Source: Candidatus Binatia bacterium
GTDB taxonomy: Bacteria > Desulfobacterota > Binatia > UBA9968 > JAJDTQ01
Direction of reading: 5' to 3'
Assembly: GCA_963666515.2 (NCBI GenBank)
Contig: OY762897.2
Coordinates: 896,001-960,000 of the forward strand
Length of the DNA stretch: 64,000 nucleotides
The notes beneath the pieces are model-generated. The model was not told the DNA's origin, made no database searches, and saw only the letters and a list, made by a program, of their open reading frames with translations. The translations under genes were made by a program, and so were the position numbers. Shown here piece by piece: positions 56,922-64,000 of this stretch; position 1 is the stretch's first letter; every line of letters starts with the position of its first letter.

Positions 56922-57464
56922 CTAACAACTATGATTCCTTACCTCTTCGCCGGGAAGGGCAATCTCTTCCCTCCGCGAAGGCCGCGTCGGATTCGTCCCC
57001 GTTCCTTGCTCAAGGTCAACCGGCACTGCGTTGAAACTTGCGAAACCGTAGCGTGTCGCCAGCAGCGACAGCACCTCGGTCAATTCCTTCATCCCGTACT
57101 CGCCTGCGCCATCAAGGGTTTTCCGGATCGCATCGTTGGCGGCCCTGAACGCGGCCACCACCCTGTCCTCGTGCGTATCATTGTCAATCCGTCGTGGCTC
57201 TGAGGGCCACTCCTCAATGTCGTGTAGGCGTTCGTCGTCGGACGCAGGCTTCAACAAAATGATGGTCCGCAGTTCGACATCAAGAGCTTCGGCGATATCC
57301 CTTGCGGTCCCGAGCCGGACTCTGGCTCCTGTCTCGGCCCGTTGGACGGTTCGCTCGTTGCACTTGGCCTTGACGGCCAGTTCGGCTTGGGTAAGCCCGA
57401 TCTCGGTCCGCCGTCGGGTCACCCGTTCGCCAATAATTGCGACACTTCCGTTGGTCCTGGCCAC
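56922..57464 (-). CDS. XRE-family HTH protein with unknown C-terminal domain
   Basis: GLTQAELAVKAKCNERTVQRAETG..VRLGTARDIAEALDV. Confidence 0.78.
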   Translation of the reverse strand: MARTNGSVAIIGERVTRRRTEIGLTQAELAVKAKCNERTVQRAETGARVRLGTARDIAEALDVELRTIILLKPASDDERLHDIEEWPSEPRRIDNDTHEDRVVAAFRAANDAIRKTLDGAGEYGMKELTEVLSLLATRYGFASFNAVPVDLEQGTGTNPTRPSRREEIALPGEEVRNHSC

Positions 57465-57615
57465 GGGAGAAGGATACTAGACCTGGAACTACACGGTCTA
57501 CGCCAGAAAACTGACACTTGGCCGACAGAAAGACGACAAAATACGAATCAACCGTTCTGAACGGCCCGTAGGTATGAGGAGGAGCCGCCCAATAAACGGG
57601 ACCGAGAGAGCGGAA

Positions 57616-58506
57616 TTAGTGTCGGAGCAGCTTCTCGACGAAGAATTCCGCGGCCCGGTAGGAGCTACGCACCATGGGGCCGGCGGCGACGTAGCGGAAG
57701 CCCAGCCGCATGCCCTGTGCCTCGTATTCCCGGAAACGGTCCGGGTGCAGGAACTCGGCTACGGGGACGTGTTTCCTGGTGGGCCGGAGGTACTGGCCGA
57801 GGGTGAGGATGTCGACGTCCCGCTCGCGCAGGTCCCGCATGGTCTCCAAGACCTCTCCGGGGGTTTCTCCCAAGCCTAGCAGGACCGCGGTCTTGGAGTA
57901 GATGCGGGAATCAAGGGTCTTGACGTTGGCGAGCGCCTCGAGGGTCTGCTCGTAACCGCAGCGCGCGTCCCGCGCGTAGCGGGTCAGGCGCCGGACGGTC
58001 TCGATGTTCTGGCCGATGACCTGAGGAGCGGCGCCGACGACCTTGCGGAGCGCGCGGGCGTCGCCGCGGAAGTCCGGGATCAGCGCCTCGATGACCAGGT
58101 CCGGGCAGCGGCGTTGCGTCTCCCGGATCGTGTCGGCAAAGACACTGGCGCCGCCGTCGTCCAGGTCGTCCCGGTCCACGGAGGTGATGACCACGTAGCG
58201 GAGGTTCATGCGCGCCAAGGCCTCGGCCACGCGCCTGGGTTCGTCGTGATCGACGGGAGTGCCTGCCTTGGCGGTCTTGACCGCGCAGAACCGGCACCCC
58301 CGGGTGCACACGTCGCCGAGGATCATGATGGTGGCGGTGCCGGACTGCCAGCACTCGGCCAAGTTGGGGCAGCGCGCCTCTTCGCACACCGTGTGCAGCT
58401 TCAACCCGCGGAAGCTGTCCTTGAGGCGGTTGTAGGTGGCGCCTGATGGGAGCCCGACCTTGAGCCAGGGGGGCTTGCGAACTCGTTGCGGGCGCGCGTC
58501 GATCAT
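57616..58506 (-). CDS. lipA: Lipoyl synthase
   Basis: KPPWLK, CEEARCPN.AEC, CTRGCRFC, GQYLRP, VRSSY. Confidence 0.96.
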   Translation of the reverse strand: MIDARPQRVRKPPWLKVGLPSGATYNRLKDSFRGLKLHTVCEEARCPNLAECWQSGTATIMILGDVCTRGCRFCAVKTAKAGTPVDHDEPRRVAEALARMNLRYVVITSVDRDDLDDGGASVFADTIRETQRRCPDLVIEALIPDFRGDARALRKVVGAAPQVIGQNIETVRRLTRYARDARCGYEQTLEALANVKTLDSRIYSKTAVLLGLGETPGEVLETMRDLRERDVDILTLGQYLRPTRKHVPVAEFLHPDRFREYEAQGMRLGFRYVAAGPMVRSSYRAAEFFVEKLLRH

Positions 58507-58563
58507 CAGTTTCCAAACTAACCCACGATTGAAGAAAAGACCATCGAGCCCCCCGACCATGGA

Positions 58564-59859
58564 TCAGGCCGTGAAGTAGCCCCCCACGATGGCGTCGTGC
58601 CAGAGCCGGCACACCGGCGGTATGATGCCGCGCGGGAGGTCGTCGTAGGTGAGGCCCCAGGTGTGGATGCCGGCGCCCAGCGAGACGCACGCGACCTTGG
58701 GCGCCGGGTCCATCTTCGCGTAGAGCGGCAGCGCGTCGCAGCACCGCTGGAGCGTTACGGTGTCGTCGTCCAGTCCGTGGAGCGAGAGCACGGGCGGAAC
58801 CGGCTTGGCGCCGGGGCCGGACAGCTCCCGCAGATAGGCCAGATACCGGTCCACCAGTTCCTGCTCGGCCGCCGCTGCCATCCCGAGCCGCCGGGCGGTG
58901 ACGCGCGCCGCCTCTTCCAGCGCGCCGGCGCCGTTCTTGTGGACGAAGTCCTCGGCCTTGAAGTTGGTGCGCTTCCTGGACACCTCCCACTTCTCCATGG
59001 TCAGCTCCATCAGCATGGGGAGGCCGTAGCCCTTGTCCTTGAGGCCCTCGTAGAGGTAGCGGGCGGTGTCGCGCCAGGTCCGCAGCCGCAGGTGGTTGAA
59101 CGGAAACTCCCATTGGTCGCCGGTGGTGGCGGTGTAGATGTAGCCGAAGGTGGACGAGCCGTATCCCAGCACCCCGGTCACGTTGGGTACGCGCTGCGCG
59201 GCGATCATGGCGAAGGGGCCGCCCGTGGAGTGGCCGTGGACGTAGAGCGAGTACTCCGACTCGGGGAATTGGCGGCGGCAGCTCTCTTTCAGCGCTTCCT
59301 CAAAGGCCACGGGCCACGCAGCCATGCGGTGGTAGAACTCGGTGCCCTCGCGGGCTACGAGCGAGATGACGGTGCCGTAGCTCGCGCGGCGGGCTTCGTC
59401 CCGGGCCACCTCGTACTGGTCGGGGGTGATGCGGGTCTCACGGGTCCACAGCGGAGTCCGGCCGGTGCCGTCGGGCTCCAACGTGTCGCCGGGCCAGTCC
59501 CGGGAGGTATCCAGCAGGTAGAGGCGACCGGGAAAGGTCATCAGCGTGACCTTGAAGCCGAACTTCGCGGCCAGCATCCGCGCCACCGGCTCCAGCGACT
59601 TGTAGTCCGAGGTGCCGCCGTGCAGCAGGAAGATGCCGGCGCGTCTTCCGTCCGGGGCCTTGGGCACGCGGTCCGGTTCTTCCGGCTCGTAGGTCATGGT
59701 GCCGATGTCCCAGTCCATGTCCAGCGCCTGGATGCGGAAGACGTCCTCGCGGTTGCCGACCGGAATATCGGGGAGGGTCAGCGTCTCCTCGGACAACCTG
59801 ACGACTTCGGGACGCGGGATGGTGTCGGGCGGCGACCAGGCGGCGGTTCGTTGGGTCAT
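58564..59859 (-). CDS. Alpha/beta-hydrolase-fold protein
   Basis: LLHGG, nucleophile elbow GHSTGG, HGLDDDTV, late His. Confidence 0.72.
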   Translation of the reverse strand: MTQRTAAWSPPDTIPRPEVVRLSEETLTLPDIPVGNREDVFRIQALDMDWDIGTMTYEPEEPDRVPKAPDGRRAGIFLLHGGTSDYKSLEPVARMLAAKFGFKVTLMTFPGRLYLLDTSRDWPGDTLEPDGTGRTPLWTRETRITPDQYEVARDEARRASYGTVISLVAREGTEFYHRMAAWPVAFEEALKESCRRQFPESEYSLYVHGHSTGGPFAMIAAQRVPNVTGVLGYGSSTFGYIYTATTGDQWEFPFNHLRLRTWRDTARYLYEGLKDKGYGLPMLMELTMEKWEVSRKRTNFKAEDFVHKNGAGALEEAARVTARRLGMAAAAEQELVDRYLAYLRELSGPGAKPVPPVLSLHGLDDDTVTLQRCCDALPLYAKMDPAPKVACVSLGAGIHTWGLTYDDLPRGIIPPVCRLWHDAIVGGYFTA

Positions 59860-59890
59860 TCAGCGGCCTCCGTTGGGTTGGGGCGGACCA

Positions 59891-61207
59891 TCAGATGCCG
59901 AGGAGCCCTTTCTGGCCGTAGTAGTAGAACCCGGCGAGGGCGCCCGTCATGAGGGTGGCGATGGTGGCGCCCACCAGGGCGCGGAGGCCCAGCGAGGAGA
60001 GGTCGCCGCGGCGCGTGGGCGCCAGGGCGCCGATGCCGCCGACGAAGACCCCCACCGAGGCCACGTGGGCAAAACCGCACAGGGTGTACGAGAGGATCAG
60101 GATTCCGCGCGGCGACATCGCTCCTTCGGCGCCGAGCCTTCCGAGTTCCTGGTAGGCCACCACCTCGGTGAGGATGGCCCGGCCTCCCAGAATACGCCCG
60201 GCCGCGGCGAGGTCGGTTCCGGGCAGGCCCAGCAGCCACGCCAGGGGCGTGAACAGCCATCCAAGGATGCGGCGGAGGTCCACCGGCCCGGACAGCGCCT
60301 CGCTCATCGGGGCGGTGAGCCTGGCGAGCCCGTAGTCGATGAGCGCCACGGCTCCCAGCACCGCAATGAGCAGCGTGGCGATGCCGGCGGCCAGCTTGAG
60401 CCCTTCCCAGGACCCGTCCATCAGGGCGGCCATGGTGTTGGGCTTGCGCTGCTCTTCCGCCATGGGCGGCACGGCGCCCAACGTCTCCGGGGTCTCGGTT
60501 TCGGGCAGCATCAGCTTGGAAGCGAGGGCCGCGGCCGGAATCGACATGATGGATGCGGACACGAGGTGTCCGGTAATGAGCGGGAAGCTGTCCTTGAGGA
60601 ACAGGACGTAGAGCGCCAGGGTGGTGGACGCGACCGTCGCCATGCCGCAGGTGAGGAGCGTCAGCAGCTCGGAGCGCGTCATGCGGTCGATGTAGGGGCG
60701 CACCGTCATGGCCGATTCCACGCCGATGAAGATATTGGATGAACCGGCCAGGGACTCGGCGCCCGAGAGAGCCATGGTCCGGTGGAACAGGACGGCGAAG
60801 AGCTTGACGACGGGCTGCAGGATCCGCAGGTGATAGAGCGCCGCCATGAGCGACGCGAAGAACACCACCGCCGGCAATACCTGCGTGGCCAGCACGAAGC
60901 CCACCGACGGAGACCCTCCCGGAGTGGTCTCGCCCGGGTTGAGCGCCAGCGGACCGAAAAGGAAACGGGCGCCTTCGTTTCCCGCCCTGAGCACGGCGAT
61001 GACCGCGTCGTTGATCCAGATGAGGGCGGTGCGGGTCCAGGGGAGCCAGAACACCACCGCGCCCAGGACCAGCATCAGGCCCCCGGCCGTGAGCACCGTG
61101 CGCCAGGGAACGGGACGCCTGAAGCCGCCCGCGGCCCAGGCCACGAATGCCAACGCGACGAGGCCCGCGAGGGAGCCGAGGTTGAGCCAGCTCATGGTAC
61201 GGTCCAT
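59891..61207 (-). CDS. nupC: NupC/CNT concentrative nucleoside transporter
   Basis: GARFLFG, VLP.VVFF, NIFIG..E, GMATVA, EVVAY, LCGFA. Confidence 0.9.
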   Translation of the reverse strand: MDRTMSWLNLGSLAGLVALAFVAWAAGGFRRPVPWRTVLTAGGLMLVLGAVVFWLPWTRTALIWINDAVIAVLRAGNEGARFLFGPLALNPGETTPGGSPSVGFVLATQVLPAVVFFASLMAALYHLRILQPVVKLFAVLFHRTMALSGAESLAGSSNIFIGVESAMTVRPYIDRMTRSELLTLLTCGMATVASTTLALYVLFLKDSFPLITGHLVSASIMSIPAAALASKLMLPETETPETLGAVPPMAEEQRKPNTMAALMDGSWEGLKLAAGIATLLIAVLGAVALIDYGLARLTAPMSEALSGPVDLRRILGWLFTPLAWLLGLPGTDLAAAGRILGGRAILTEVVAYQELGRLGAEGAMSPRGILILSYTLCGFAHVASVGVFVGGIGALAPTRRGDLSSLGLRALVGATIATLMTGALAGFYYYGQKGLLGI

Positions 61208-61261
61208 AGCACGAGTCGCCGTCGGGGGCGACCGTTCCGCTTCCGGCAGATCGCGCCGCCC

Positions 61262-62611
61262 TCAGAATCTTCTGGAGACCCCGAAGACGGCGCCGTGATT
61301 GCGATATGTGTGGAGGGGAATATTGGAGCGGTTCCACTCCACGGCATATCCGGCGTAGGGGGCGAAGCCCTGGTATTGCAGGGCGCGGTGGAGGATGTTG
61401 ACCGCGACCCGCAACTGCCGGTCGCTGCGGGTCGTTTGGAACAGCGGATCCGGTCCGCCGTGACGCCGGAAGGAAGCCGACACGCTCGGCGAAATGGAGA
61501 GCCCGCCCCGGAACGCATGTGAGACGGAGATGCCCAGTCCGGCCGTACGGCTGGCGTGGTGGCTTTCGCGGGTGTCGGCGAGTTCCAGTTCGAGGAAGGT
61601 CTCGATGGACGTGGGTGCGCGCGGCGTGTAGGTCCATGCGGGTTTCAGGCTGAAAAGCCAGCCGTCCTGAGCCTTTTGCCCGTGGTGGTCCCGGTTTACC
61701 GCGCTCGCGCTCACCTCTAGGCGGGTCTCGGGAGACAGCCGCAGCCGTCCGCGCATCCACGGACCGACCTCGCGGCTGTAGGGGTCCGCCGCCAACCACC
61801 TTCGTCCCAGCCGCAACCCTCCCGACATGGTTCCTCTGTCAAACAGCCGTGCCAGCCCGATCTCTCCATGCAGCGAGACGTCGTTCCAGTCCGGCTGCTT
61901 GTAGAGCTTCGCGGCGGAAGATGCGGCGAACACGCCCCGCAGGTCGTCGGTGAGGGCGGGCGAAAAGGAGACTCCGGTCGTGAACAGGTAGCCGACACCC
62001 GACGACTCCCTTGCATCCGGATTCAGTTGGAAGGGAACGCCGCCGATGCGGATTCGCTCACGGTTGGTGCGCTTGACCGGATTGGATTCGGGGACCAAGG
62101 ACGCGGAAAGGGACAGCGACCACCGCTTTCGGGCGTCGATCCGGTTGAGGAAACCTTCGACCGCGGTCTCGACGGTGGACGGGAGTCTGTCTGCCAGCGA
62201 TGCCTCGAAATGAAACCGCGCTTTCTCGTCGCGGCCGAGGGCATGGTAGACCTGCGCCAACTCCAGGCGCACCCGGGTGAGCTCCGGTCTTTCCGCAAGA
62301 ATCGCCTCGAACCGTTGGGCTGCCCGTCTGGGAAGGCCGAGCCGCGCGTCGATGAGGCCGAGCAGGAATAGCCGTTCGATGCGCTCCTCGTCGCTTTCGG
62401 GCTGCGCCCGTTCCAGCAGCTTGCGCGCGTCTTCTATCTGACCGGCCCGGAAGAGGAGTTGTCCGGCCCGGATGGGCGAGATTTCAATGCGCTCGCCCGC
62501 GGCCTCGCCCGCGTGAATTGCCGGCGAGACCGCGAGGAACAGGACGACTGCCAGGACTCCAGCGTGAGCGAACGGTCTCACGGGTTCGTGGCCACCGGGG
62601 GTCTCCCGCAC
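61262..62611 (-). CDS. Slam-like (TPR + DUF560) surface lipoprotein assembly modulator
   Basis: RVRLELA TPR, beta-barrel strands, NRSNIPLHTY, C-terminal Phe. Confidence 0.82.
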   Translation of the reverse strand: MRETPGGHEPVRPFAHAGVLAVVLFLAVSPAIHAGEAAGERIEISPIRAGQLLFRAGQIEDARKLLERAQPESDEERIERLFLLGLIDARLGLPRRAAQRFEAILAERPELTRVRLELAQVYHALGRDEKARFHFEASLADRLPSTVETAVEGFLNRIDARKRWSLSLSASLVPESNPVKRTNRERIRIGGVPFQLNPDARESSGVGYLFTTGVSFSPALTDDLRGVFAASSAAKLYKQPDWNDVSLHGEIGLARLFDRGTMSGGLRLGRRWLAADPYSREVGPWMRGRLRLSPETRLEVSASAVNRDHHGQKAQDGWLFSLKPAWTYTPRAPTSIETFLELELADTRESHHASRTAGLGISVSHAFRGGLSISPSVSASFRRHGGPDPLFQTTRSDRQLRVAVNILHRALQYQGFAPYAGYAVEWNRSNIPLHTYRNHGAVFGVSRRF

Positions 62612-62612
62612 G

Positions 62613-64000
62613 TTATTGTTTTTGGCCTCCGAAATAGCCGTGCAGCGCCTTGTTCTCGGCGCCATCGGTAGCGTCGAAGACGCCGGCCACCTCAGTGGCT
62701 CCGGGCCCGTAGAATGCCCCGTTCACCCGGCCGCTGTAGCCGGCGAGGTCTCCCGACCCGGACAGGTCGGTGGCAGACAGGCCGTTGCCGTTGATCGTGG
62801 CGTTGAAACTCAGCCCGCCTGACGCGGGAGCATAGGTGCCAGTGTTAGCGGGACGGGATTCGAGAAGGGTAGCGCTGCCGGTTACCGCGGAATTCCCGAA
62901 GTCCGCGGACAAATCGAGGTCGCCACGATAATGCCTAAAGCTGGGATCGGAGGAACCAACCGCCCGATCAGTGGGCCATTCGTACCCCCGAAATCGGCCA
63001 GCATAGCTCGCGGTGCCGGTTGCCGGCATATCCGTGCTTCGGTTGCCGTAGAGGATGTAAGCCCGACGGACCAGTAGTGGGTCATCTGAAGCGTCTCGAT
63101 GTACGGTTGACAAAGCAATCACATCGAAATGTTCGGGACGAAAGCGGCCCACGAAACTACGCCTGCCTTCGAAAGCCTCGGTTACGTCCCAAAGAAGATA
63201 GTCGAGACCGTCCTGTTCCTTGTCGTACCTCGTGGCTCTGCCAGAACTAGTCGGGTTGGAGCCGAAGTCGCTTTCGCCAAGCTCTACCGTTTGAGCCTGG
63301 CCGTCGACCATGTAGGTGATCCTGTAACCATCAGCGGTCGCTTCCACGGTAGGCCTCTCAACGGCCGTGAGAGCTGTTGAGCCAGCTTCGAAGTCGCGGT
63401 CGACCCCCGAAGACAAGGCTTCCCCGTCATTGACACCCGTGAGCCGATCGGTTTTTCTGGCGCCGATGTATCCGTAAAGCACGCGATCATCCGCCGTGCC
63501 GGCCACATCTCGTGTCGCGCTCACCACGCCCCCGACTTCCTCTGCGTTCGGTCCGTAGAACTCTGCGAGGACATGCCCCATGAAGTCCCGCACGCTTTCG
63601 TCAAGAGGAGTGTTGGGCTCGCTGTCCACGCCGGTCAGGGTCGCCGTGAACTGGCCGTTCACGATCCGGCCATCCGTCAGGGTGAAGCCGCTGGTCGGCC
63701 AGGTGCTTCTGGAATCACCACCAGGCTCGGTGCCGCGGATCCGGTAGACGCGGCCTACCAGGGTCCGCATGTCGAAATTCGCCACTATGCGCATGGTCCC
63801 GGAAATATATTGACGGGCATCGGAACTCGGATTATCCCTCTCCCAAGTTCGGGTGTCCAACTCACCATGGTAGGTGGCAGTTCCCATGGGAAGGTTTTCG
63901 TTTCTCACGCCGAACACGAACCACATGCGGCCTTGCGAACCGTGGGGCTGGTAAATGACGCGGTGGGATGCAAAATATTCGTACTCACCAAGTCCATCCT
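62613..64000 (-). CDS. Transferrin-binding protein B-like surface protein (5' end outside window)
   Basis: Two barrel lobes: MP..GTA.Y.G...EFYGPNAEEVGGV and AFYGPGATEVAGVF...GYFGG. The frame stays open to the window edge. Confidence 0.82.
   Translation of the reverse strand, partial: DGLGEYEYFASHRVIYQPHGSQGRMWFVFGVRNENLPMGTATYHGELDTRTWERDNPSSDARQYISGTMRIVANFDMRTLVGRVYRIRGTEPGGDSRSTWPTSGFTLTDGRIVNGQFTATLTGVDSEPNTPLDESVRDFMGHVLAEFYGPNAEEVGGVVSATRDVAGTADDRVLYGYIGARKTDRLTGVNDGEALSSGVDRDFEAGSTALTAVERPTVEATADGYRITYMVDGQAQTVELGESDFGSNPTSSGRATRYDKEQDGLDYLLWDVTEAFEGRRSFVGRFRPEHFDVIALSTVHRDASDDPLLVRRAYILYGNRSTDMPATGTASYAGRFRGYEWPTDRAVGSSDPSFRHYRGDLDLSADFGNSAVTGSATLLESRPANTGTYAPASGGLSFNATINGNGLSATDLSGSGDLAGYSGRVNGAFYGPGATEVAGVFDATDGAENKALHGYFGGQKQ

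Noticed and set aside
56371-56925. Several short overlapping ORFs
   Set aside because: No RBS, motif or codon-bias support; left as intergenic or degenerate sequence.

Overview
GC-rich bacterial chromosomal window, densely coding. No rRNA, tRNA or CRISPR array was recognisable. From left to right it holds: (1) an ald-DHH-cupin-lipoprotein operon divergent from folD-gcvTHP-tatA; (2) a SAM-I riboswitch-controlled moeB-thrC-like-moaD/cysO-cysM operon, probably sulfur-carrier-dependent homocysteine/cysteine synthesis; (3) an Rpn gene with an internal RBS for a small C-terminal protein; (4) many uncharacterised catabolic enzymes and a UGA-readthrough (UxxC) selenoprotein redoxin; (5) a cobalamin uptake/salvage region (B12 riboswitch, tonB, btuB, btuFCD, cobT/S/C/D, cbiB, cobQ, cobU) interrupted by several decayed toxin-antitoxin modules; (6) a three-subunit Co-type nitrile hydratase/thiocyanate hydrolase-like enzyme; (7) a lower-GC XRE/Sel1 islet, lipA, nupC and a Slam plus TbpB-like pair. 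The most striking unexplained item is a ~1.87 kb CTAG-bounded unit (47993-49863). It encodes a 535-aa protein with a Rep_trans-like Y-x-K...R-x-E motif and a C-terminal winged helix, preceded by a five-way-junction structured leader. It is a candidate undescribed mobile element. All family assignments come from motif recognition by eye, not from database searches.
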